DNA of 64,000 nt from Podarcis cretensis. Its lineage: Eukaryota. This document shows positions 11,014 to 23,749 of this stretch, one piece after another; the first letter of the stretch is position 1; each line of letters begins with the position of its first letter. The notes under the pieces were generated by a model. The model was not told the DNA's origin, made no database searches, and saw nothing but the letters and a program-made list of their open reading frames with translations. The stretch covers positions 26,598,001 to 26,662,000 of the forward strand of contig OX638161.1 of NCBI GenBank assembly GCA_951804945.1. The letters run 5' to 3'. Made by a program: the position numbers and the translations under genes.

Positions 11014-12125
11014 CTGCAGTTGGGGAAGAGACACGGTGCGATTAACTTGAAGGCAGGCAGTGGATTGTCAAAACCTGCCCTCGATCTCAGTCCTGCCAGC
11101 CCACTTTCTGTAGATCATCAAGAGCTGGTGGGGTCTACTGGAGTTTTCCTCCTAGGTCTAATAGCAGCTCCAGGGCAAGGGATTTACATCAAGACCCTGG
11201 CAGGGCGGGGAGATGGCGGGGGGGGGGAACCCCTCCCTGTCTCTGCCTCCAGCATCCCCAGTACTGACTGCCTACCCTCTGCTGTCATTTTAAAACGAAG
11301 CGAGTTAGACACATTCAGTTCATTAATACAATGTACCGTTTTCTCTCTCGCAATTTGGAGGCAATTCCACTACCAATGGAGACCACAAAGTACTTCTTTG
11401 GCACCCCGAGTTTCCAAAAGTTAGAGGTTTTAAATTGTGCTCTCAGAGCAGTATGGAAACACTTGAAAACCACCCAGACAGTTTAAAGATTGAAGCCAGG
11501 GAGTGGTTTGCCTGTGACTCTCCAGATCTTTTTGGAAGTATGGTTCCCATCATCTCCCCTGATCATTAGGCCATGTTGGCTGAGGCTCATGGGAATCCAA
11601 ACAGCCAAGGACCACAGGTCTGTCACTCCTGGTTCAATCAATAAGGAGGCAGGTTTACATTCAGATTGGAGGGTCCCCACTCAGCTCACTTCAAATCTGC
11701 CTTCCCTGTCCAGGGTTGAGGACTGGGGGGGGGGGGGGAATGGCAGTGCAAATTTGAAGCAAAAGCTCGCTCTGCACAGTGATGGGCAGCACCCTCTAAG
11801 ATGTCACTGAGAAACCTCTTCCTTCATCCTGTAGCGGGTTTTGCATTTAACACTTTAAGCCTCCCCCCATTAAAACTAATGAAGGGTGAGTGAATGCATG
11901 AATACATACTTGCATGTATTAAATACCATGCATGTGGGGAGGATGCTTCGCCTGTAGTTTCATTTGCATGGCCAGCTTGGCGGAGAGAGATGCACACCTG
12001 TTAGATCTCTTCACACTTTGGGAGTGCCTCTCTCGCTCTGAAGGAAGGAGCCCAGCCTTCCACTAAGATCATCCGGCAAGGTCTTACTGAGAATGCAAGA
12101 AGCATGTGTGTGCAGTTTCTCCTAC

Positions 12126-12366
12126 CTGTACGTAGGTAAGGCAGGAACTGGGCAACCAAATCCTTCTGGTCCTCAGACAGATGTCCTGGCCACTCCCTGC
12201 GGATGGGACCGCCATTGCTGCTCCTCTGCATCCTCTCCTGTTGTGGTCCAGCCTTGGCTTGCCTGCTGAGCCTGCCACCCCCCTGATAGGATGTGGACAC
12301 AGATCTTAAGAGGCTTGTGGCTATGAAGGTGGTCAGCAGCAGGCTGGTAAGTACCTTGGTGTGCAT
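12126..12366 (-). CDS. GAST: Preprogastrin, first coding exon (join 12126-12366 + 10919-11013 = 111 aa)
   Basis: Signal peptide MHTKVLTSLLLTTFIATSLL; dibasic RR followed by EWPGHLSEDQKDLVAQFLPY, resembling chicken gastrin RRDWPEP...FLPH. Acceptor ttccag 2 nt before the ATG; phase-1 donor G|gtagga; adjacent to EIF1 in the same orientation as human GAST. Confidence 0.92.
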
Positions 12367-13219
12367 GCCTGGAACTTGGAAGATAGTAAGTGGAGGACTT
12401 AGGGGGAGCGTTGCCCAGCATCAAATAAATTATGGAGCTGATTAAGTTCTATTGCATAGCCTGGATTGCTGTTTACCTACCTAATGTACACATTCATCCC
12501 ATCATGCATTTGCTAGCCTTTAAACTAGTGGTTCCCAATTGGTGGTCTGAGGACCCACCAGTTGTACCACCGGCCCACCAGATGCCTACAAGGAATTCAG
12601 GAGTGCAGCAGCGCTCTCTCTACTAGGCAGCCCCAGGAACTGGTGTTAAGAGGCACTGCCTTCAATACCGGAGACAGCAGATCACTGCCATGATTGTAGT
12701 AGCCATTAAAATCATAGAATTGTTGGAAGGGACCCCAAGAGTTATTTAGTCCAAGCCCCTGCAATTGAGGAATCTCAACTAAAGCATCCATGGCAGATAG
12801 CCATCCAACCTCTGCTGAAACACCTCCAAGGAAAGAGAGTCCACAACCTTCTGATGGAGATGGTTCCATCGTCAAACAGTTCTTATTTGCCTTATTTCCA
12901 TGTACAGTAGTTCCTCCAACCCCTTTTTAAAGCCACGTTGATAGCCATCAGAACAGATCTCTCTGTTTCAGTCTGCACTCTGCAGAAGCATGCCCTTTTG
13001 CCTGTCCTGAATCTTTTAGATCTAGCATCGAAAAAACCCTATCTACTCACAAGTAGCCTTTCCCAACTGGACGTCTTCCAGATGTCTTAGACTACAACTC
13101 CCATCAGTCTCAGTGGATAGGTTAACACCTATCCACTGAGACTGATGGGAGTTGTAGTCCCAAACACCTGGATGGCACCTGGTTGGGGAAGGCATGACTC
13201 AAGGATTCCTTCTCCTTAC

Positions 13220-13435
13220 CTGTCGGGAGTCCTCCGTCAGTGCTCTGCTTCTGTCTCAACAGGATTCTCTCTTCTCTAAAGCAGTGAGGTGCCCTCTTAA
13301 AGGCTTGTTGGCTTGCTCCTCCCCTTGATGGAGAGAGCTCCTCCTACTCTCTTTTACATCAGCGGTACAGGATCAATTCCTGCGGCGGGGGGGGGGGGTA
13401 TCTTTCCGCCCATTCCTTTCCTATCTTTTATTGGT
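13220..13435 (-). promoter_or_regulatory. Putative GAST non-coding exon 1 and proximal promoter
   Basis: Donor CAG|gtaagg at 13219; TATA-like TTTAAGAG at about 13294-13301; AGATA and CCAATAAA motifs at about 13399-13434. Gastrin/CCK genes have a non-coding first exon, and the ATG exon here starts at an acceptor. Confidence 0.55.
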
Positions 13436-14002
13436 CACCAGTGAAAGCTGCTTTCCTGCAGCCACTTAAAACTCAGATAAGCCGTTTCAATAAAAGTCCA
13501 GCATTCTGAAGACTGTTCAGCCTTCCCCAACCCAGTGCTCTCCAGATGTTGTTGGACTCCAGCTCCCATCATCCCTTGCTGGCACAGCCAATGGTCAGGG
13601 ATGATGGGAGTTGTATTCCATACCATCTGGAGAGCACTGGGTGGAGAAGGCTGGTGTAAGGCAACTCGACAGGAGCTAGATTTCTTGGGGGTCTGTTTTA
13701 AGGGGACAGTGGGAGGTGGTAGCATAGGTCAAGCCCCTGTCTATCTTCTTAGAGTTATCATCCCCCAAGCCTCCTCAAATCTCAGTTTTTTTCCTTGGGT
13801 AGCTTTAAAAGAGGATATGCCTTTGAATACCAGTTGCTGTGAATCACAGGTCAACACACACCACAATTGCCTCATTACGTAAATCATGTTCAGAATACCA
13901 CAACACAATACATTAAAATAGTGAATCAAACAATCCAGAATAAAACAAATTCAAGCTTCAAGGAAAATATTTCAAACCCTCCAGCTTGCAGGATTTCCAC
14001 AG

Positions 14003-14378
14003 GTAAAAAGGTGAAGTACCCTTGGATGGTTAAGTCCAGTCAAAGGCAACTATGGGGTTGCGGTGCTCATCTTGTTTTCAGCCCGAGGGAGCTGGAATTT
14101 GTCCAGACAGCTTTCCGGGTCATGTGGCCAGCATGACTAAATCGCTTCTGACGCAACAGTACCCTGTGGCGGAAACCAGAGCGCGCAAAAATGCTGTTTA
14201 CCTTCCCGCCACAGTGGTACCTATTAATCTACTTGCACTGGCATGCTTTCGAACTGCTAGGTTGGCAGGAGCTGGGACAGATCAACAGGAGCTCACCCCG
14301 TCACAGGGATTTGAACCGGGGATTGATCGGCAAGTCCAAGAGGGTCAGTGGTTTAGACCACAGTGCCACCTGCATCCC
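14003..14378 (-). mobile_element. Sauria SINE
   Basis: Similar to the other copies; TSD TTTCCACAG. Confidence 0.8.
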
Positions 14379-15184
14379 GTTTCCACAGAAACCTGGCTGG
14401 CCACAGTGAAAACAGGGTGCTAGGCTAGATGGGACCCTGACCTGATCCAGCAGTCTCATGTTATGTCCTTATGTAGAAAAAGTCCTGCAGCTGTATAACC
14501 TTCTGAGCACATACAGATACATATGAACCAGTTTTGACAGAGAGGTAAACCTGACCTAGCAACTGTCTGAACATCACAACGAAGTCTTGGTGTTTGAGGA
14601 GGGAGGGGGACAGAATTTAAATGGAAACCAAGGGTACTTGACAACAAAACATGCATTAAAATAGTTTATTTTAAAAATAGAGCACATCAGCCATCACAAT
14701 GCCACTGGAGGAGGTGGAGAACGATCTAACAGCGACCGAAAAGAAACCACACTCTACTAAAAGCATCTTTGAAGTCTTAAGTGGCAAGGAAGGACCTCAG
14801 CAGCAAATGCTCTCTGTGTAAAGATGAAGTTTGTTTTTCAGATGCAATCCTTTGATCATCTTCTTGCTATTTCCCCTCATCTTCTTTGTGGAGCAAAAAT
14901 ACTTTGATGATGCATAGATAGATCATCTTAAAAAGTGTCAACTTGCTACCATAAGAGCTGTTAAGAAAGTGGGACTGTAAACATAGCCTCATAACATCCA
15001 TCATGTAAGGCAATAAATTTGTATTTTGTTACCTTCTTCCCGCTACCCGCTGCCTGCCATTCTGGTTTCCTGAAATAGCATGTTGAGCTTAAAAGCTCCC
15101 CAGATTGCTGCCACCCCCAAACTCTCATCTTTCAATGCCAGAAAATAAAAAAATAAAAAAGGAAGCTTTAGGCCTAGATAAATG

Positions 15185-15270
15185 CAAACTGCGGGAGGCA
15201 GTGGAAGACAGAAGTGCCTGGTGTGCTCTGGTCCATGGGGTCACAAAGAGTCGGACACGACTAAACAATG
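15185..15270 (+). mobile_element. 5'-truncated BovB 3' end
   Basis: GGAGGCAGTGGAAGACAG...GAGTCGGACACGACTAAAC. Confidence 0.75.
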
Positions 15271-18200
15271 ACAAAATGCATTGAATTCCTACCATAAGAC
15301 ACCAGCCTCATACAAACCAAGGCCATTTTGAAGATCTAGGAGGCTGCCAGTCCAATAAGAAACAACTTCAGGTACGTTGATCAAAATAACACAACGCAAA
15401 GCCATTTTCAAACATGGCAAAAGGCTGATGGGATGCACAACTGACTTGTGGTTCCTTAGCTTGCACTTCTCCATCTTGTCCCAAAACTATCTTTGAATGG
15501 GAAAGAAAAATACATGAGACACAAAACACAATAGCTCCCTCTCTGGTCTTTGTTTACTGCCATGCATCCAGAGCAGGTAAAAAAATTGGTCAAACTAGGA
15601 TATCCATTCAGCTGAAACAGTATAGTTTGCGTGTAATGATGTTGTATTATAAATAAGAATTGCCAATGCTTTAAAAAAACAAAACTGAACAGAATTTACC
15701 CACAGAGCAAACAGGGTCTGGCATCATCTTGGGAGTGAAAATGGCAGGCATCGCGGCAGTGGCAGTATCACTGGCTGAGAATGCTAAGGGCTCCAGCCTG
15801 GCTGAATTAGAGAAATGCCCAGGTGGGGTTCAGCTTAGCTACGAGAAAGACATGTCTCAGGTTTGCAGTCTCTAGGCCAGGGGCAGCAAACACGGTGCCC
15901 CCCCCCAAAGATGCAGACTACATTTCCCATAATCCCTCACCACTGGCTACATTGGCTGGGTCCGATGGGAGTTGTAGGACTACCTGGAGAACACTATTTT
16001 GGCTATGCCTGCTCTTGGTCCACACAGTTAGTAGCCTGCCAGTGTGGAGAGAGGATGCCATGCCTCTTTACCCACTCCTCAAAATAGACCACATGGGCAC
16101 CGGAGTAACTTTACAAGAGGAGGGTTTGGTCTTGCGTTACCAAGCCCTGTGCTGCAGTCATCACAAAGTTGCCTAGATTCACTGGTGATTTCCATCCCCT
16201 CCCGTCTCCTCTGACATCTCTCCTTCCTGTAGCATCTTGCGTAAGATGGATGCATCAGCCCATGAGGCTGTTGTTTAAACAAACCCTTTTCTTGGGAATA
16301 ATAGCAAGGGAAAAGGGCAATTAGATGGGAAAGTAACCGATTCAACACTCCCTTCCGAGAGGAACACAAACAATTTATTCTACCATTACTGGAAGATTAG
16401 GAAGACGTGCTTTCCTGCTAAGACCATGCTACCTATTTGCGCTTGATTTATGACTTTCCAGTTGGACATCCTGTCTAGTTTAAACAGTGTCAGATGTGGA
16501 GGTAGGGCTGCTACTGCTTTCCCTGCCCAGCCGCTCCACTTCTCTGGACTGAGGCTATGACTCTAAAGGGGCAGACTTAACAGGCAGCAATTCTAGTAGG
16601 GAAGCTTTGCATCACAGTGTATTCTACCACGACTGGATTTTTCGCTGAATAAAATGTGGTCAAGTATCAATTTGCACATGCCACAGATGGGGAGAAAGCA
16701 GCCCCGATAGAATTTTTGCATGCTATGCTGCTCAAGTTGGGATCTCACAGAAAAACTATGTGGATCTATGGAACACATTTCATTAGAATTCAAGATTTAA
16801 AAACAAAACAGGAAGGTCAGTGCTCTTTGGAAGATCCACAGCAGCTTACAAAATACCTGGAAATATTTCATGCCAGTATGAACCATTTTGAACTTTAGAG
16901 GCAGGAGGTTCCTGCATTTTGTTGCCCCCCCCCCCAGGATCACAATTAGTTTGATTGCTCTATATGGCCTATATTGGTGGTGTGTGTGTGTATATGTGTG
17001 TGTGTATATATATCCTTCATTTGGAGAGGGTGCTCAAAACATTCCTTATCTTCTTTTCCTATGATCCAAGTCTTCCCATTTGCCTTTATTAATTTCCCTT
17101 GTTCTTTGAAGTTTCTGTTGCCCACACCTGCTCAGACAACTTGCTACTCAGTGAAGTCTCAAAATAGCAGTCTGCCTCTTCACTACATAGTGAAAATTTC
17201 TACTGTTCACCTTTTTCTTACATTATTTTCAGCATGGTCTTTGGGATCACAAGGGAATACTGGTGGTCCCCAGAAAGCAGTCCAAGAAACTTTGCCATAG
17301 TTGAATTCCCTGCAACAGCTAGAATTCAGTGTGATTCAAGCAGTAAGCAAGGAGTTCCCTCTTGTGTTTGACCACTGGCACTGCAATTATTTCATGCGCA
17401 CATCCACATTGTCTTTCCAAAGTGTGCACTGAAAATTGCAAGGCGGCCAAGATTGAACAAACTTCTACACTTCTGAACAAACTTACTAAGCGGGTGTTAG
17501 GAAGTCCACTTCACTAAATAAGATCATTCTATTTTCTCTTATCTGGAAGTAAAGTACTTATGCTGTACATTTTACCTTCCTTGTTCAGTTGTAAGATGGC
17601 TAGAATGTAGACATGTCATTATATATAAAACTATCAACATGAGCAAAATGAACTGTGGGCACACAGTAGCTGCCTGCCTGCCGTCACGTTACTTGACTAT
17701 TTCTCTCTTGAAAGAGTACAATTTTTCAAGTTGATAAATGGGCATGGAAATCCACTCCATCAACCAGTCAGGTTCAAACTCAATAGCCAGGAGCTTATTT
17801 GCCACTAATGTATCAGAACCAAATTGGCTTAACACTCACATAAAAAAAGGAAAGAGACTAATCGACTCTTGACTTTTAATAGATGAGAAAAGGATTGATA
17901 GGAAAGTATTAACAAGGAGTCACTCAGTGGAAAGTCACATCCACAGGATAAAGTGTTGACAAGCCAAGTGCGTGAGACCTAATAAACATTGTGGAATGGA
18001 CAGCCCATTTTAAAAAATCAATTCCATCGCTACACAGTATGCAGTGCCAACTGTTCCAGATTGCATACTGGCTAAATATTTGAGGAACTTAAGGAAAACT
18101 TACATAATCTTTTTAACATTCATGAGACTTGTGTATGCATGCTCAGTATTTTTGTACATAACCATCACCTGAATAAGCACATGTTATTAGTGTTACTGAT

Positions 18201-18360
18201 ATATGTTCTAGTAGACTGGCTTTGCCAATCAGCCTGCAAGATATGTTCATGCACACACTAGATTTTAGCTCCTGCTACACACAAATATATGCCCTATACC
18301 AGCTACTAAGTTTTGGAACTGTGCTTAGTTTTTAAATACTCCCAGCTCTATCTTCCCTTG

Positions 18361-18720
18361 GGGACACAGGTGGCGCTGTGGGTTAAAGCCTCAGCGCCTA
18401 GGGCTTGCCGATCGAAAGGTCGGCGGTTCGAATCCCTGCCGTGGGGTGCGCTCCCGCTGCTCGGTCCCAGCGCCTGCCAACCTAGCAGTTCGAAAGCACC
18501 TCCGGGTGCAAGTAGATAAATAGGGACCGCTTACCGGCGGGAAGGTAAACGGCGTTTCCGTGTGCGGCTCTGGCTCGCCAGAGCAGCGATGTCACGCTGG
18601 CCACGTGACCCGGAAGTGTCTCCGGACAGCGCTGGCCCCTGGCCTCTTAAGTGAGATGGGCGCACAACCCCAGAGTCTGTCAAGACTGGCCCGTACGGGC
18701 AGGGGTACCTTTACCTTTAC
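18361..18720 (+). mobile_element. Sauria SINE
   Basis: tRNA-like head (GGTTCGAATCCC), (ACCTTT)n tail, TSD CTATCTTCCCT. Confidence 0.88.
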
Positions 18721-19670
18721 TATCTTCCCTGCAAATACAGTGACTAGGCTAGAAAACTGGGGCACTTCCTGCAGGTGTCAGTTACATAATTGTTTACCTC
18801 ACCCATTTCTCTATTTGGAATTAAGTTTTAGCACAATAAACGCAACCTTTGGCCCAATAAACGAAACATTTAGAACCACCGCTTATACAGTGGGATAGGC
18901 CCCTTTGTTGTAAGGACTTTTGTCATACCCTGAAAAGAAAAATTCCATGTGGAGCTCAAAACGCCTAAACTTGAAAGAATTTAAGTGTTTGTGTGGAAAC
19001 TGACCCTAGCGGAATCTAAAAGCTCTATCCTGGGCCAGATCTCTTTAGTCTTCTTAGTGTATCAGGGCTGGTCAGGGCTGATAGTATATCAGGACCACCT
19101 CTAGCTATCCTTGTTATTACTATTTCAGGACTGCACCCATGAGCTTCTTCAGCCTACCCATCTTTTACCAATGGCACAAGCAGAACTTCCTATCTGTAAA
19201 GCCCAACTGAAGCACTTCACATATTAAGCTCACTAAACTTGGGTACTCAGAGCCCTCAGTCTCTTTAGGCTGCATTAACACAAACATTCCCAAGTACACT
19301 GCTACACAAAAGGTCTAACCAATATAATGATGCAGTATATTACAGTGATCATCCCTCAGCATTGTGATGCAACTCCAAGGTCAGCAGGCCAATTATGTCG
19401 GGGATACCAGGGCATGGTGTTGCTTTGTACTTTTCCTGCCCCTTCCACCTAAACTCAGAATTTATCTCCTGAACCTCTACTTTGGGCAGTGCTTAAAAGT
19501 CTGTTTATAGTCAGAACATCTTCTTCCTCTGGAGATGCCTACAGCTTTAGGCCAGAGTGGCACAGATCAAATGTAGTTTGTGAACTGCTACTTCAGCTGA
19601 CAAAAAAGCCTATAGGTGTATCCTTTAGCAGGGTACTGAAATAACAAGGAAACGGTTTCTGAAAATCATT

Positions 19671-20167
19671 TTTATTTAAATAAGTGTTTAAATACATTTC
19701 ACAGAACATCAGGACTTGAACCAAGAAAGCTGTTGCTTCACAGGGTCATTAGTTGTTAAAAGCAGCACTCCACAATGACAAACCTATTTTAAAACTGCTC
19801 CCTTAACTTTAAGCCACAGATTGAGTCTGCTATTGATCGGTCTGGGAACGGGGACTTTGGTTTCCACATCCCCCAATACCTTTGAAGGAAGATTCCTTCA
19901 GATGTACAAAGGCAATTCAGACCCCAGCTCTGCACTCTGCCACTTAGTCACAGTTCGTTCCAGACAAGCACCTCTAGTTATTAGCCTCAATTTCTATGAC
20001 ATGGTGGCCTGAAAGTTTTTTAGAAAGTCCCCAACAAAGCCAAAACATTCATGGCCTCTTATCAGAAGTGTCTTGTGTAGAATAAGCTTCTGGCTTTACA
20101 CCATAACTGGGCCTGGTTTAAATGAGGAACAGCAAGACGACACAACGTGGGCTCTTGTCAGTTTATT
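19671..20167 (-). terminator. Two candidate EIF1 poly(A) signals (AATAAA at 20162-20167 and 19671-19676)
   Basis: tttatt hexamers on the + strand downstream of the EIF1 stop; suggests alternative 3' UTR lengths. Confidence 0.55.
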
Positions 20168-20319
20168 ACATTGCTGAGTTACACTAGTCCAGACTAAGGG
20201 GAACCTGATGCGATTACATTATGCAAGCTGGCTTGTTTTTAAACTAGTGATGCGGGGCACAAGGAATTTCTCATCTCAGGGAAGTCTGCCCCCTTGAGAC
20301 TTTGGCGAGCCACAGGCAC

Positions 20320-20364
20320 TTAAAACCCATGGACTTTCAGCTGGTCGTCTTTAGCCAGTCCAAT
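20320..20364 (-). CDS. EIF1: eIF1 exon 4 (last coding exon)
   Basis: IGLAKDDQLKVHGF*; acceptor ttttgcag. Confidence 0.96.
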   Translation of the reverse strand: MGLAKDDQLKVHGF

Positions 20365-20635
20365 CTGCAAAAGGAAAGAGAGAAGTGATTGTGGCTTCAA
20401 ACACCAACTCATGAATGCAGTCTGTACAATAGGGTGTCTTTAAAAACTCACCAGCTTGATAGCCACCACACACACCAACACAAGCTAAAACCAGTTACTT
20501 TACAGGCTGTGCGATTGTCTTAATTCAGTTGCTGCGATCCATCATGAACCTATTCAACCCTATGTCAATCTTAAAGTGCAAGAACAGAAGCAATAAGCCA
20601 AACAGGAGCTTTAAGGACTCCCTTGAAATGCTCAC

Positions 20636-20737
20636 CTCAACGAGGAACTGACATATGTTCTTCCGCTGGTCCCCTTGAAGCTGAATCACCTCTCCATACT
20701 CTGGGTGCTCAATCACAGTACCATTGCAGGCAAATTT
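20636..20737 (-). CDS. EIF1: eIF1 exon 3
   Basis: KFACNGTVIEHPEYGEVIQLQGDQRKNICQFLVE; AG/GT boundaries. Confidence 0.97.
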
Positions 20738-20932
20738 CTACAGACATAAAAATCACGTATTAAATATAAATCTCAGAGCATTTTTTTTTTTGGGGGGGGG
20801 GGGAGAGGAGCTTTGCCACAATATACACTGAGATGTCCAAGAAACAGATCGCCTTCTATCAACCAAAGCACAAGCACACCTCCAAGCACTTTTGAGTTCT
20901 CTCTGGAAAAGATCGAAGCTTCTCCTACTCAC

Positions 20933-21096
20933 CTTCTTGAAGGCCTTCACCAGTTTCTTTTTATCATAATCATCGGCGATGCCCTGGACTGTGGTGAGGG
21001 TTTTTCTGCCGTTTCTCTGCTGGATCCTTATATGGATGTAGTCCTCAGTCCCAGCAGGAAGTAAGTCATCACCCTTACTTGCATCAGCAAAGGGGT
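20933..21096 (-). CDS. EIF1: eIF1 exon 2
   Basis: DPFADASKGDDLLPAGTEDYIHIRIQQRNGRKTLTTVQGIADDYDKKKLVKAFKK; AG/GT boundaries. Confidence 0.97.
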
Positions 21097-22384
21097 CTGG
21101 AAAGAGAAAAAGAAAGTGTTAAAAGCTACACAAAGGACATGGCACCCTTGCTAAAAATGTAAAGGTGCTTATTTTTGTTGCTGGGTAAGCTTAAAATGCC
21201 TCCTTCTCAACACCATCTACACCACTTCATATTCTTGCTCGAAAGCCCAAGAGCTATGAACTATGCACCAAACAAAGTGCCATCGATGAACTGCTCAGCC
21301 ACAAGGAAAGGAGTTGGCATGAGAGCCACAGTGTTACTCCACCATTGATCCGGGCCCCTTCCTTGACACCCGCTTACACAGTACTTTGCTCTCTTCCTCT
21401 TGCAGGCCCTGAAAACAGGGCCTTTCCTCTCGGGCCACGTGACACCCGTCGAGCCGCCTCTCCCTGTCCCGAAGCCCCTCCCTTGTCTCCGGCTGACGCA
21501 ACCCCCAAGAATTAGCAACTGCGTCAGTGAAGCCGGGGGGGGGGTGAGAGAGAAGAGAAGAGAAGGGAAGATGGCAGAGGCTGCTCAGCAAACGCCACAT
21601 CCCGGGGCCTCACCGAGACGCATAGAAAGAAACAAGCATACTGATTCCCCCCCCCAAAAAAAAATCTGCCTTTGCCGCAGCCCCCGTGGCCGATCAATCC
21701 TCTTAACAAACACCCCTCCCCACTAGAAAAAAACACCCATTACTTGCGCTAACCCCCCCCCCAATTCCTACCAAACGCCCTTCCCTCCCCCCCATCGCTT
21801 CCAATACCCCAAAAGCCCCCGCAACTCAGGCTAAGGATATGTGACCCCCGCCCCGCTTTCCACCCTACCGAAAAGTATTTCGCTCTCCCCCCCCGCCATT
21901 ATTCTGGCTTCATGCCAACCTCGATCTAAGTTCTTTAACCTCCATTACGCATCTCTCCGCCCCACAAAAAAGCCTCCAACAACACCGCGGTCAAGCGGCT
22001 CCTCCCCATTTACCCCCCTCTCCCCCATTGTCCCCCCTCCCCACGCGGAAACAGGCTCCGCCCCCTCTACCGCAGCCATGGCTCCGCCCCTAGACTCTTC
22101 GCCCCCCCCCTCGTCCCTTTTCGAAAAATGCCCCCCTCCCTCACCCGCAGTTTCCAGTCAGCGTCTTCTCTCTCGCCCTAGTTCCGGCCCCGCTCAGGCC
22201 TCGCCCTTTGTCCCGACATTAGAGGCCTATTCGCCTCCTCCGAGGCCTTCCCTCGCTTAAGGACCAACCGACGACACCCCCCCCAACGATTTCCCCTCAG
22301 GCTCGTTTTTGCCCCCCCCCCCCCCAGAAACCTGAGGCTTCCTGCCTATTTGGGTCCGTCCCCCCCTCCGGCCAGTGTCCTCAC

Positions 22385-22415
22385 CGAAGGAGTGGAGGTT
22401 CTGGATAGCGGACAT
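22385..22415 (-). CDS. EIF1: Eukaryotic translation initiation factor 1, exon 1 (MSAIQNLHSF); join 22385-22415, 20933-21096, 20636-20737, 20320-20364 = 113 aa
   Basis: ATG TCC GCT ATC CAG AAC CTC CAC TCC TTC G|gtgagg; exons of 31+164+102+45 = 342 nt splice into an intact eIF1. Confidence 0.96.
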
Positions 22416-22559
22416 ACGACGCGCTTCGCTTCGCTTTTTCCCGGGTCGGAGGCAACTGCAGCGACGGCGAAAGGCGGACGCGACGAAGTAAACGGCTCTT
22501 CAACCTCTGTGAGGGGGCACCAAAAAAAGGAAAAGGCAGCAGGAAGGGCGGAGCCACAC

Positions 22560-23040
22560 GGCCGGCCGTTTATATAGTGGGTAGGCTTTTGTGACGTCAG
22601 CGCGCACCGGGAGGCGAGGGAAGGGATTGGCTAGAAAGGGAAACGGGGTGTGTTGTGAGAAGAGGGGGGGACTAACGCGCACAACCCCGCTGGAGGGGGA
22701 TGGGAGGAATCAAGGCTGCGGCTGTGCAGCCGTCACGCTCAGGCCCTTTCCTCCTTCTCCACTCCTGCCCCGCCCGTAGCCGCGTATTTGTGCAGCCCCA
22801 GCACGCTTGCGCAGTGGAGCGAGGGAGGCGACGGGAAACTGGAAACGACTGGATTTACCCCCCCTTGTGACGTCGTCGCGCGCTAGGGCTTGAGGGGGAT
22901 TGGACGACAAAGAACGTAGCGCGGGGAGGGGGCGCTGCGCACTTTCTAAGGGGAGGGGGGGAAAGGCAGGCGGGAAGGGAAAAAGTTGTGGAGGCGGAGG
23001 GAAGCGAATGTTTGGCGCATGCGCGTTGTTGCGTGAGGCC
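22560..23040 (-). promoter_or_regulatory. EIF1 CpG-island promoter
   Basis: TATATAAA (22569-22576, minus strand), perfect CRE TGACGTCA (22592-22599), CCAAT (22626-22630), second CRE-like TGACGTCG (about 22868), NRF1 palindrome GCGCATGCGC (23015-23024). Confidence 0.85.
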
Positions 23041-23749
23041 TTTTTTTTTTCAGGGTGTGAGTTTGTGTGTGCTTTGTTTGCTTGTGATTTGCGTTTGGTA
23101 GTCATGATCATCTCCAGTGTCATCATTTTTTAAAAGAAAAAAAACAAAGAGCATTTTAGGGTCCTGAAATGTGAAGTCTCTCTGAGGGAAGCCTATTCCT
23201 TGGTAGGAGGAAGTGCACTCTGTACATTCCCAGAGGCGCCCCCTTTTTCATTGAAAAGATCACGTTCTGCTACGCAGGAAAAAGATAAGTCATCCACGGA
23301 GTTCAGTAGCTACATCAAATCAAGCCTGTTTTCATTGGGGCTGAGGTGAATAGCGCCCCATTTCAATCGACCCTTCGCAAGATTCAGATTAGTACCAGTA
23401 TGTCCTAAATTATCAAACAAAACAACAGCCAACTTCTCCAAATAAATTTGACCCAGTTCATTGATTACCTTTTCCTGTCCTTACAAGGGCTGCACAACAG
23501 GCAGAAACTTGACAAGTGAAGCAGGGGCAGCGCACCCTTGTACCATAAAAAGGTTGAACTTCTGCCTGCTGTGGAGAAGGGACAACAAGTGATGGTAGCT
23601 CTATCTGAGCTTCACCTCTGGCTCAGTGTCTTTGGACCCTAGCATCTAAGATTTTGTGGTAGTTTAATCATCATCTATGGCAGACAGAACTCCAGAAGAG
23701 CAGCAGCCCTTTTTTATCACTCTTCAGAGTTGGGCAGAGGGGCCTTCTC

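Noticed and set aside
10675-11424. 249-aa plus-strand ORF
   Set aside because: Antisense to the GAST last exon; no recognisable motif or supporting gene structure.
10919-12366. Calling the peptide gene CCK rather than GAST
   Set aside because: It lacks the CCK DRDYMGWMDF and SAEEYEY motifs; the YP dipeptide and position next to EIF1 fit gastrin.
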